Source: Monocercomonoides exilis PA203 (lineage: Eukaryota > Protista > Preaxostyla). Taken from it: DNA of 64,000 nt. Under the pieces are notes generated by a model. The model was not told where the DNA came from and did no database searches. It saw nothing but the letters and a program-made list of their open reading frames with translations. The position numbers were made by a program, and so were the translations under genes. This document shows positions 1 to 10,955 of this stretch, piece by piece; within the stretch, counting starts at the first letter, position 1, and each line of letters opens with the position of its first letter. The stretch is from contig LSRY02000026.1 of NCBI GenBank assembly GCA_001643675.2, positions 124,001 to 188,000 of the forward strand, read 5' to 3'.

Positions 1-1213
1 TCTTTCTCCTCTCTTTTTTCATCATTCGAACATTTCTCTCTTTCCCCCTCTTCTTTCCTCATTTGCTCAGTCAGCAAACGAGATTTCGCATCTTCCATCA
101 GAAGCACCATCGCTAAGCAGAATAAGAATTGTTCAAGAAACAAGAAAAAGAAAAGATAGGAAAATCACATTCATTCAAAAAAGTGAATATTAATTCGATA
201 TTTTATAAAAAAGAAACAAAACACAAATAGAAAATTCATCTGCAACAGGTAATAATTTCTGAATATAAACACACCTGCCATATTTCTTTTTCTTCTTTCG
301 TCCTCTTCTTCTCTTTGTCTCTCTCGCTCTGCTTGCTCAAAGGCGAGTCTCTCCTCTCTCGTCGTCCCTTTTCCCCAGGCTTCCACAAGCAGCCTTTCAG
401 ACTCAGAAATAGGGCGATCATCAAGATACTTCAGCTGCGGGCATCGGAGAATTAACGTCTTTCGGAGCGGAAATTCTGTTGTCCGGACAACTGGATTCCC
501 GATGAGCCTGAGGACAGCAAGGGAAGGCATTGAGGCTAAAATGTCGACTAATGCAGATGCACTCTCTACTGGGATTTCGTTATCTGAGAGATTGAGAACA
601 CTTCAAATTTTGAAAAATAAACTTGTAACATAAATAAGAAAATGAAACGGAATGGAATACCCTATTCCGGGATGACCTCTAAGCGGCTCAAGTGCTTCAA
701 CACTTTTTAGTAAGTTATTTACAACTTCTAATGAATGCAAAGTTGGGCACTGCTCAACACCGGATAAAGTTGTGAGTCTATTATTCGTAAGATTGAGTGT
801 ATCAAGTTCTGGTAAAGTGTTCAAATTTTCAATTTTTTCAATGCAATTGTCCTGAAGATATCTGTTTTTAAATTTATGTTAAAAATTCACGAAAATTCGC
901 AAAAGGCACACAAGCACTTGAGCTTTGCACAGCACTCAAGATTTTCTATCTGAGATATAATGTTTCCTTGTAGCCAAAGAGCTTTCAGCTCGGTGTATTC
1001 CTCCAATCCTTCAATTTTCTTAAAACCTTGATAATGTAAGTATAACTTCTCGTTCAGCGTTGGAGTTAAGTATTGGTCATGCTTTTTACATGATTCCTTT
1101 ATCGTTTTTGAGCAGATACGAGGGGCTTGCTCTTCTTCTTCTTCCTCTTTCCAAAATGAAGAATCAAAAGAAGAGCTTGGAAAAGATGAAGAGCTTGCGA
1201 TTTGAAGTGACAT
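1..1213 (-). CDS. DNAAF1: Dynein axonemal assembly factor 1 (LRRC50/ODA7)-like leucine-rich repeat protein; runs off the window start
   Basis: ATG at 1213. Translation gives YLTPTLNEKLYLHYQGFKKIEGLEEYTELKALWLQGN, SDS22-type LRRs and the LRR cap LKYLDDRPISESERLLVEAW. GT-AG introns at 862-911, 601-660 and 113-274 restore one continuous frame. Confidence 0.88.
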
Positions 1214-1487
1214 GCGCAACCTTTAACTGTAATAAAATAATGCATCATAAAAGAGCATTTGAAATATTAATAAAACTGCTAACACAAAGAAAATGCATAA
1301 AAACCACACGAACGTTTATTAAGGAAAAATGAATAAGGGAAAGTGATCAATAACAAACATCGTTTGTATTTATTTCATTGAGATATTTCCTTTAAAATGC
1401 TTGTTGAAATAACGAATTTGTGATGATCAAAAAATAAAAAATCTTGGAAAGAGAATGCATCTATTACACAATTTTTTTCTCGATTTT

Positions 1488-3149
1488 TCAAGCATGTGAA
1501 ATGGCAGCTAATTGCTTTTGACTATCCTTGATCATATGGCCATTAACCCTAATGTGAGATGGATCATCAACAGTTACTAATGGAAATCCCACCTTTTTGA
1601 AGAAATAATTTATTTTTATAAAAAAAAATTCAATATTTTTTTGTTTAAAAGAAAGAAAGGAAAGAAAAAGCAAACCGTTTCGTCCCAGTTGACTTCTGCA
1701 AACATTGCGCCTTCAATGACAACAATATCATCACTTGACAGCGCATCACTGGCAATGTCATAAACAGCCATCACACATCTACGTAACTGCCTGTCGGTGC
1801 AAATGAATAGCTTTGTGGGGAAAAGAACATGATTTTTTATGCATATGTCATTTGAGGAAAAGTGCGAAAAAAAAAGGAAATAAATAATTTCAAAAAAGTT
1901 GAATGAAAGCCAAACTTGTGGCGTTGCTGTTGAGAGAGAGACACAATGGCTGATTCTCAAAGGAAGCTGAACTTCAGTGTTACGTCCTGTTCAATAATGA
2001 TCACAAAAATAGAAAATAGAAAATTGAAAGAAAAAATTCTTTTTAGATATTTGTATGTTTTAACCTTTTTTCAATTTCATGATGTCAACATCGTCATCAG
2101 GAAACGGGTGTGATCTTGCCTTTGCTGTTGGCTAAAAGAAGAAGAATATTATTCACAAACAATAATAATAACAGAAATAATAATGAATATTAAAAAAAAT
2201 AACTATTAGCAAACCCTATCCAGTTTCTTATTAAGCATTTCTCTTTCAATTACTTTCCATTCGTCTTCCATTTCTTTCAGAAATACTTCGGCTTCTTTGA
2301 CCGATGGATCAATCGAAATGGCTTTCATAAAATCTGCACGAGCAGACGCAAAGGACACCAAAAAGCGAAGAACCTGTGAATATTTTTTTCAATATTTATT
2401 TGCAATGAAATATCAATTATTATTTTCGAATGGAAAACCACACTGTTCCTCTGTTTAAGTGAAGATCAGCGAAAGGTTTCGAGAGCTTTGTCTCCTATAA
2501 AGTTATCCACACAGAAATGTGAAAAAAAACTTATAAATGCGTTAAGCAAACAGAAAGCTGAAAAGCACTCAAAGCATCACGTAAATCTTGTGGACGACTC
2601 CTTCCATTGAAAAATCTTGCGACATATGCCATTCCGAGTGTATCTTTGAGAAAATAAATTACAAAAAAGGAAATTAAGTGTTCATACACCAACTCTTCCC
2701 ATTGTTGAGATCGCATGCAATCGCCTTCTTTGCAAAGTCAATGCTTTGTGAAAAGGCTGGTGTTGTTGGTTCCGTCTTTGCTTCTGGAACAGATCGTACA
2801 GCAACCGATAATCCTCTGAGTGCTTCTATTTTATTTCCTTCATGTCCAGATTCGGACTGTTTCGAAAATAAAATTTGATAAATTTATGTTTCTTATAAAA
2901 AAACATATAAAGCTTATTAACCTGTTTCACAGCCTCTTGAAAAGCTGTCAATGATTGTTGTACATCTCCTTTATTGAAGTATGTATGTCCTAATGCAGTC
3001 CAAGCATCGACTAAATTAGGATCCATTTTTATTGCCTTTTCCAAAAGTTCTTCGGCTTTAGGGCTATAACCATCTTCAGGATTCAATTTTAAAGCTTCAT
3101 CCAAAAATGCTTTTCCTTTGCTAACGGGTGTATTCGATTCTGAAGACAT
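1488..3149 (-). CDS. TTC5: Tetratricopeptide repeat protein 5 (TPR plus C-terminal OB fold), multi-exon
   Basis: Exons encode YSPKAEELLEKAIKMDPNLVDAWTALG, AKKAIACDLNNGKSWYTLGMAY, ADLHLNRGT, IDPSVKEA and the C-terminal FPLVTVDDPSHIRVNG, collinear with TTC5 as I recall it. Several short GT-AG introns. Confidence 0.85.
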
Positions 3150-3324
3150 TTTCTTTTGTGTGTAATTAATTAAAATTAAAAAATATTCTTTTAAGAATTT
3201 AAAAAAGGTTGCGCTCCCATAGCAGAAAAAGCACCTTGTTCATTTTTCAGATAGATTTGTAATAAGAATAAGTTTTCAAATTGCGAATTGTTTTTGATAA
3301 ACAAAGTTATTAAGGTGTTTTAAA

Positions 3325-6300
3325 ATGTCTGCGTCTACGAAATCTGCTTCATATTCATCAAAATATTTGAATGAAAAAGCATACAAATCTTCTCGTTTGT
3401 TTAACATTGTGATTAGTTTTTGCAATTATGTTTTATTATTTTTCACTTTTCATATACTTCTTTTTGAAGAAAATGAAAGCTTAAATTCAACTGATCGGAC
3501 AAGTGGAAGTGTCAAAGAAACGAAAAGTTCCCCTGCAAAATATCATTCTCCATCTTCGTCAAAACGTAATTATCTTTCTGCACATGCAAGAGATTTATTT
3601 TTAGCGCGACAAGAAGCGCATTTAGAACAAATTAAGCAAAATCGAGAAAGAATGAAAATTAAAATGGAAGAGAAAGAAAACGAAGAACTTTTACAGTCTC
3701 CAACTATTCTTCAAAAATCAAAAGAACTTAAGCGTGATCCTACCCAATATCAAGCTGTTTTAAATGCAAAAAATGAACAAATTAGAAAGATCAGAGAAGA
3801 AATTGAACGAAAACGAAAAATTGAAGAGACTCACAAGCCAACCCTCATCACCGAAACATCTCCACTTTCTTCAAGTTTTGTTGAAAAAGTTGCATCCAGA
3901 ACATTCGAGGAAAGACTGCAAGCGAGCGAGCAGCAGCGGATGGAGGAAGAGAAAAAGCGGAAAGCGGAATTGGAGGAAGAAAAAAAGAAGCACTACCCGC
4001 AGCTCGATGAGCGGTCAAAGGTGCTTGCACAAGACTGGCAGAGGAAAGAGAGAGAGAAAGAGAAAGAAAGAGAAAGAGAGGAGAGAAGGAAGGAGAAGGA
4101 AGAGAAGAGGAAGGAAAGAGAGAGAAAGAGGATGATGAAAGGGGAAAAGAATAACAATGAAGAAGCAATTAGCAATAAAGAAGGAGAGGAGAAGGAAGAA
4201 GAAGAGAAAGAAGAAGAAGAAGATAATGATGAAGAGGAAGAGGAGGAGGAAGATGAAGAAGATGAAGAAGAAGACGAAGGATACATGCAATCGCCAGGAG
4301 AGCGTCTGTATCAGCTGCATCAGCGTCTGGAGAGAGAGAGGAAAGAGAGAGAAGAAAAGGCAAAGAAGGAGCAATTGATCGACAGCACAACACAAAAGCA
4401 GCTGTTCCAGCCAGAAATAAACAGAAAATCGGCAAAAATTGTCGAGGCGCAGAAGAAGAAGAAAGAAGAGAAAGAGGAGAAGGAAAAGAAGGAAATGAAG
4501 AAGAAGAAGAAGAATTCGAATAAGAATTTGAAGAAAGACAAGGATAATGAAAATGCTGCTTTTGAATCGCAAAATAGTGAGTTTTCGGAGAAACTCGGAG
4601 AAATTAAAGCAGATGGCAGAAATTGCAGCGAAACAGAAAGAAATGGAGAAGAATTGAATGATTTGGCAGAGGAAAAAAGCAAAGGAAAAGGAAGAAAAGA
4701 TGGAAAAGAAGAAGAAGAGGAGGAAAAGGAAGAGGAAAAAAGAGAAAAAGAAGAGGAGGAGGATGAAGAAGAAGATGATGATGATAAATTGGATAGTTTG
4801 AGAAAGACGAGAATATTTGTGTCATTGAAGCAGTTTGAAGATGACTACGAAGATAGCTCGGAAGAAGGAGAAGAAGAAGGAAATGAAGAAGAAGGGAACG
4901 GAACAAGAAAGATGAGAAAAGATAAGAAGAAAGAAAGAGAAAGAGAAAGAGAAGAAAGAAGAGCAGAAAGAGAAAGAGAAAGAGAAAAGCGAGAAAAAGA
5001 TTTCTTTTCCTCCTCTTCCCAGCCGCAGAAGCAGCCATTCCTGCCCGTTTCTTCGATTCCCCACGATTTCTCTGTAATTCCCCCTCTTTCGAGCACATAT
5101 GGCCTTTCTTCACTGAATCGCTCTTCTCTTCTTTCTTCTCGCTCGTCCAGTGGCTCTCTCAATGGATCGTTTGTGAAGTCTTCTTCTCGTTCGGCTTCGA
5201 AGGAGAAGAATGAGATGTGGATGAGTGGGAGAGAAGGAGGAGAAGAAGGAGAAGAGGAAGAGGAAGGAAGAGAAGGAGAAGGAAGAGAAGGAGAAGGAAG
5301 AGAAGGAGAAGGAGGAAGAGAAGAAGAAGAAGAAGAAGAAGGATGGAAGAGAACAGATGAATTGTTGAAGGATGAGAAAGGAAGTTGTCTTGAAGGTGAA
5401 TTTAGTGAGGGATTGATTGTGGAGAAGGCAGAGGAAGAGGAAAGGGAAGAGGAAAGGGAAGAGGAAAGGGAAGGAGGAGAAGAGAAAAAGGAAGAGAATG
5501 AAAAAACTGAACAAATAACGCATTCTTCACTTGATGAAAGCGAAGAAGCAGAAAAAGAAGCAGAATCATCGAGAAGCATTGCAGCCAATACAACTTCTTC
5601 TGATGCTCCTCTTTCTTCTCCTGGAAGATTAACTTCTTCTTCTTCTTCTTCTTCCTCCTCCTCTTCTCTTTCATCGTCATCTTCTTCTTCTCGTTTAACA
5701 AAGCCCAGAAATGCCACAACGACAATTTCTGCTTCACGAAATCGGTTTCATTTTGACTCAGCCGACGAAAGTTATGCGACCCCCAAACGAACAACACAAA
5801 TGGCACATTCAAATAAAATTAGCGAAGACGGGAAGAAAAGAGGGAAGAACGAGAAACAAAGAAATACAGGAGCTATTTCTTCGTCTCCTTCTTCATCTCC
5901 TTCTCCTTCTAATTCTTTTTCTCTGTCTTCTTCCTTTAATTCTTCTTCTTCTTATTCTTCATCTTCTTCCACCTCCTCTCCTTCCATTCACGAGACCTTG
6001 TATGAGCGAGGCCTGGAGCACAAGCGGCAGTTGGAGCAGTTGATTCAGGAGAGGCAAAAGGAAAGAGAAGCAGAGGAATTGAAGGAGTGCTTTTGGAAGC
6101 CGTCGATCAAGACGATCAGCGAGGAGAAGAGAGAGGCGCAGCAGAGGAGCGAGAGAGAGGCAGAGAAGAAGGCAGAAGAGGAGAAGAGGAGGAGAGAAGG
6201 AGAACACGCAGCACACGGGACGATGCACCCGACGCCGTCGGTGATTGCGCTGATTCTGAAGAGGGGGGAAATGTTTGAGAGGAAGGGAGGAGGAGGAGAA

Positions 6301-7080
6301 GAGGAAGGAGGAGGAGAAGGAAGAGAAGGAGGGGAAGAGGAGGAGGAGGAATTTAGAAAAGAAGCGGAAGAAGAGGAAGTGGAAGATGAAGAGGAAGAAG
6401 AGAGGCAGAGGAAGAATATGGAAAAGGCGAGGCAAGAGGCAGAGAGAGAGGAGAGGAAGAAGGAGCTGAGGATGATGAAGTGGCGGACGGGGATGAGGAA
6501 GAAGAAAGAGGAAGAGGCGAAGAGAGAAGCAGAGCAGAAGAAGCAGAATGAGAAGATGCAAATGGCGATGGCAATTGCAAACTCACAAGGAGCAGAAGGA
6601 ACGAGAAGGAAGAAGAGCCAGAAGAAGACGAATGAAACGCAAAATGAACGGAAAAGCGGGCAGAAAATGGAGAAGAAGAAAGAAGAAGTGGAAGAAGAGG
6701 AAGAGGAAGATGCCAAGTACAATCTTGATGCTGATGATGAGTTTGCCGTGGTGGCTGATCCGTCTGAGATGGATGTGAAGGACTTTCTGGCAGTGAAGAC
6801 ACCTTCACCTTGTTTGTCGCCTTCTTCTCCTTCTTCCTCCTCTTCCTCCTCCTCTTCCACCTCCTCTTCCTCCTCTTCTTTTGCTCCAGGCTCTCGTTCA
6901 TCCAAGCAGAGAATATCGCAAACTTCCTTTTCTCCTCTGATAACACAACAGCAACACATTACTTCTTCTCCTTCTTCTTCAGCAACTGCCATCAGAACAA
7001 AGCAGAAGGAAATAAAATCACATGAAAAGTCAGCTGCCAATGTGTCTTCAAGTCCAAAGCCTCGTGTGAAAAAAGTGTGA
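3325..7080 (+). CDS. Large low-complexity Glu/Lys/Ser-rich coiled-coil protein with repeated (F/H)xPxI motifs; function unknown
   Basis: 1251-codon ORF with motifs ETHKPTL, HYPQLD, LFQPEIN and LKECFWKPSI, the last two preceded by ERLY/ETLY helices. Probable 75-nt in-frame intron at 3395-3469. Possible last intron 7075-7236 and short exon ending at 7272. Confidence 0.7.
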   Translation: MSASTKSASYSSKYLNEKAYKSSRLFNIVISFCNYVLLFFTFHILLFEENESLNSTDRTSGSVKETKSSPAKYHSPSSSKRNYLSAHARDLFLARQEAHLEQIKQNRERMKIKMEEKENEELLQSPTILQKSKELKRDPTQYQAVLNAKNEQIRKIREEIERKRKIEETHKPTLITETSPLSSSFVEKVASRTFEERLQASEQQRMEEEKKRKAELEEEKKKHYPQLDERSKVLAQDWQRKEREKEKEREREERRKEKEEKRKERERKRMMKGEKNNNEEAISNKEGEEKEEEEKEEEEDNDEEEEEEEDEEDEEEDEGYMQSPGERLYQLHQRLERERKEREEKAKKEQLIDSTTQKQLFQPEINRKSAKIVEAQKKKKEEKEEKEKKEMKKKKKNSNKNLKKDKDNENAAFESQNSEFSEKLGEIKADGRNCSETERNGEELNDLAEEKSKGKGRKDGKEEEEEEKEEEKREKEEEEDEEEDDDDKLDSLRKTRIFVSLKQFEDDYEDSSEEGEEEGNEEEGNGTRKMRKDKKKEREREREERRAEREREREKREKDFFSSSSQPQKQPFLPVSSIPHDFSVIPPLSSTYGLSSLNRSSLLSSRSSSGSLNGSFVKSSSRSASKEKNEMWMSGREGGEEGEEEEEGREGEGREGEGREGEGGREEEEEEEGWKRTDELLKDEKGSCLEGEFSEGLIVEKAEEEEREEEREEEREGGEEKKEENEKTEQITHSSLDESEEAEKEAESSRSIAANTTSSDAPLSSPGRLTSSSSSSSSSSSLSSSSSSSRLTKPRNATTTISASRNRFHFDSADESYATPKRTTQMAHSNKISEDGKKRGKNEKQRNTGAISSSPSSSPSPSNSFSLSSSFNSSSSYSSSSSTSSPSIHETLYERGLEHKRQLEQLIQERQKEREAEELKECFWKPSIKTISEEKREAQQRSEREAEKKAEEEKRRREGEHAAHGTMHPTPSVIALILKRGEMFERKGGGGEEEGGGEGREGGEEEEEEFRKEAEEEEVEDEEEEERQRKNMEKARQEAEREERKKELRMMKWRTGMRKKKEEEAKREAEQKKQNEKMQMAMAIANSQGAEGTRRKKSQKKTNETQNERKSGQKMEKKKEEVEEEEEEDAKYNLDADDEFAVVADPSEMDVKDFLAVKTPSPCLSPSSPSSSSSSSSSTSSSSSSFAPGSRSSKQRISQTSFSPLITQQQHITSSPSSSATAIRTKQKEIKSHEKSAANVSSSPKPRVKKV

Positions 7081-7501
7081 TTGATTTTTTTTATTTTATT
7101 TTATTTTATTTTATTTTATTCTTTTTTCCTTTTATTCTATTAATTACTGTTATTATTAATCAATTTTTGAACTGATTTTGTGTATGATGTAATTATTTTA
7201 TATATTTTTCTGTCATTTGTTATGAAATGAATCTAGCCATCTGAACTGTATCGAATGAATTCATTGAATTAAAAAAGAAAAGAAAAGAAAAGAAACATGA
7301 GATGAAGATGAAGCGGAAGAAGATGAAAAAATAACAGATTTTTTATTCACATCCATTTACCACAAGTGGCTTTGCTGATATTGACCGATTATAAGTTCCT
7401 TATTGTTGTGTACTTCATTCAACAAATCAAAAATATAACTTCCAATGCTTTGAATTTCTATTTCACGCCTTTTGCTGTACGAACTATCGATTCATTTTTG
7501 T

Positions 7502-7575
7502 TATTTTTCATTTTTGTTATTTTTCATTTTTCATTTTTCATTTTTCATTTTTCATTTTTCATTTTTCATTTTTTT
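7502..7575. repeat. (TTTTTCA)n heptamer microsatellite
   Basis: Tandem ttttcat units visible directly. Confidence 0.85.
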
Positions 7576-8282
7576 CTATATTTTTATTGTTATTAATCAC
7601 TTCTATTTCTTTTTTTCATTTCTTTTTTCATTTTTTCCTAACTTCTTGTGTTGACTTTATAAAAGCTGATGAAATGGAATTTGACATTAATGGATGATTC
7701 ATTCACAAATTGTTGTTATTCGTTGAAGGAAAAGGGAAATGCGATGACGAAAAGAAAGAATTTATAATTTACAATTAGAAAAACAGAATAAAAAAAAAAT
7801 GAAGCAAAATACAAGAAAAAAAGTATTTTAAGAAAAAAGAGATTCTAATTCAGTTTTTGCTTTATGAAAAAAATGCTACAACATTTTTGAAAAATAAAAA
7901 ATTTGAATAAAAATTTAAAAAAAAAAAACTTTCAATTTTGCCAAAAACAAATGAAAGGTTATCATTGTCTCGGCTCAATTAACAACGGGCAAATAGAATC
8001 ATAAAATGAACATGTGCTTTTTTTATATGTTAAGCAGAACGTATGGGAATTCACATAAATTACAATCAAATTATAATTCAATGCATGAAAAGAGCTGCGA
8101 TCGACGAGGAAAAAAGAAAGAAAAAGAAAAAGATAAAGATAAATATTAAGAAAGGAAATCAAAGAAAACTTGTTTTTTCCTTTAAGTTATGAAAGTTGCC
8201 TTTGTCAAAAAGGATTAATAAATTGCCCAATGTCGATCTAATTGAATGGAATGTGTCTCTCACCCACAAAGAATGGAATAGC

Positions 8283-9253
8283 TCAAACGGGAAGTGGAAC
8301 GTCTGCTGAAGAAGCAGCAGACAAGGAAGGAGAAGGAGCATTTTCTTGAAATACAGGTGATAAAAGTGTCATGAATGGTTGAGGTGATTTGGAGGAAGCA
8401 ACTTTTGCAGCTTCGATAGAAGATTCTGAAGGCGTGGCTTGATGCATTTCTCTCGCCATATCTTCAGCAGCTTGAAGCTGTTTTGGATTTGATGAAGGTG
8501 GAATTATTGTTTCAAATTTCACTTGCTTCAAAGGCATTTTCTTCGGTCTTGAAAGAAATGGAATACAACCTAAATAATGTTTAAAAATAGAATCAATTTC
8601 TTCAAAAAGGAAATAATTCAGATTCAAACATCCAAGAAGAGGGCTGGTGCATCGTCCAATTTTTGCAAGCGTGTTTAGCCATTTTGGTAACGGATATCTC
8701 TCCTTTTGTAATATTAAAAAATAACATTTAAACACATGTGACACATCTTTTTTTCTCATGAAATAAATAAATCAAACACTTCCGCACAAGCGAAAAGAAA
8801 AATCATTTGAAAAATCATGGCAATTGCGATGAACAATGTTGTATGAAGTTGCAGGATATTCTTGAGATATCTCATTTAAAATCTGATCTACTTGTTGTGG
8901 AGTTCGAATGCATAATCCCACATATATTTGACATTTGAAGGGTGAAGTTGGGAGAGGAGAAATTGGTTTTTGATACCACACCCCAGTTCCTTTACGATCT
9001 CCTTCAAACGCCCATTCTAAGACAGATTCGACGCAAATCGTAAAATATATATGTTAATAAATTTCAAGAAACAGTTTACTCTTCACCTTTTCCAAGAATT
9101 TCAACTCCTGAATGAAATACACCCTGATAAAGAATAATATTGAAGAAAAAACAAAAAAGGAAAAAGAAATACAAGTCCACCAGGGAACACCAATGGCCTT
9201 CCTCGAACATATAGAGTGTACACATTAATATACACTGGAATATGCGGTGTCAT
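8283..9253 (-). CDS. PPPDE/DeSI family deSUMOylating/deubiquitinating isopeptidase
   Basis: ATG at 9253. Motifs VYINVY, GVFHSG (catalytic His), YNIVHRNCHDFS (catalytic Cys) and LPKWLNTLA, split by short introns. Confidence 0.88.
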
Positions 9254-9596
9254 TGATGAATAGATTCTTTCGTAGTTTCAAACAATTCTATGGGAGAAAT
9301 AGATTGTAAAACAAAAATTAATTATAACAATAATCCTAAAAAAATTGGTAATTGCACAATATACGACCGTCAATAAAAATTTGTGTCAATGATAATAACA
9401 TTGTTGTTAACTGTTTCGAAAAGTTATTATGTCTTTCTTTTGTGCGGAAACTTTTATTTTTAAATGAATCAAATTATTATTTTCCTCTAATGTGATATTG
9501 ATCAAAAATTTTTGCATCAATTATATTCGACAATAATCTAAATAAACATATTAATAATTTCAATTCAACGAGAATGCACTCAAATATGATTTGAAC

Positions 9597-10087
9597 GGCA
9601 AAAGGGGATTATACGGCCAGTAATAATTTTTAACTTGAAAACATTTAAAACTGAATCGAAACTAGGCTTAACGAACTCATTAATTAAGATCAGTTATGAA
9701 ATTCTATTCAAAAAATCAATTATCTTCCAATGTTATAAATCCGAAAGATATAAAAATCTTTGATCAAGCCCATCATTTAATTTTGTCATATTTTCTTTTA
9801 GGTTTTTTGTCCCTATTAACTAATTTTAACAACAGAACTCTATGAATTAGGGTTAACCCTAAAAGAAATTTCATTTTAACTTCATTTTATAAAGATATTA
9901 GGACTTCAATACGAAAATAACTTTTTTATCACTATTAAAAATTGAAAAAATTAAAAGTTTCTTTCTTTGAAAAATTGATGATAAAAATAGACTTCAACTT
10001 CATTGAACTAATGATTTTCTGGTAGGAATATGAAAAAGAAATCGTTATGATATGAAATTTTCACTGGTCGTATCATACCCATTTGCC
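9597..10087. mobile_element. Non-autonomous Merlin-type MITE, 491 bp
   Basis: Imperfect ~33-bp TIRs: GGCAAAAGGGGATTATACGGCCAGT at the left and rc GGCAAATGGGTATGATACGACCAGT at the right. Perfect 8-bp TSD ATTTGAAC at 9589-9596 and 10088-10095. No ORF. Confidence 0.85.
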
Positions 10088-10955
10088 ATTTGAACAAATT
10101 CAATGTAACAAGACCCCAATTTGAAAAGTGCATTTTTTGATCAATGTTAAATAATTAATCTATTTCATAAAATTGAGCAATTTATGCAACAGAATTTAAC
10201 CCTAACAAGTTGATTTTGGATAAAACCCTAACATTTAAACTGTGATAAAAAAAGCAAACAAATAAAAACCCTAAAAAGACTCATTTATTTCATTAAAAAT
10301 TGAACGGGATTTTGAATTTTCTCGTAAATTGAAAATAACATATTTCACAGTTTCCGCACACAATAGGCAGAAAAAAACTTCGTGCACAATATGGTATCAT
10401 TATAGCTGTGACATATGACAATTTTGTGACTTGTCGTGTCTTGTGCATTAACCAAAAAATTTAATGGAAACAAGCAATGCGCCGAAAATCCGAAGACTTA
10501 AGTTTAGAGATTCACTGTTTAGTCATTATTGTTGTTTGAAATGGCTATTCTTTCGTGTTAACAAAAATTTTTAAAGTGTATAATTTTTAAGAAGTTGTTT
10601 TCTTTTATAAAATCTTTTAGGTAAATGCAGAAGATAGGTGTACTTAATTTTTTTATATGATCCTATCAAAAATGGAATAAACAACAGCAAATATAAGCCT
10701 GTCTGACCTGACAAGTTTTTTTTTTGGGTCAGTGACAAATTGACGGACGAGTCAATTTGACGTATAATTTCCCGAATTATATTTAAAAACATATCCCTTT
10801 CAATTAAAAAACAAATTTGAATGTTTAATGAAATACATACTGTAATTTTCTGAGTTGGGAATTTTTTGACAAATTTTAATCATATTCGTCACAATGTGTC
10901 AGTTGCGGATATATAATAGATTATTAATCATAAATCAACTCATTTTTCCTTCTCA

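Noticed and set aside
3764-7040. Numerous overlapping Ser/Phe/Leu-rich antisense and alternate-frame ORFs
   Set aside because: Shadow ORFs of low-complexity GAA-rich coding sequence. The same applies to the + strand ORFs over 22.9-29.1 kb and to 63436-63945.
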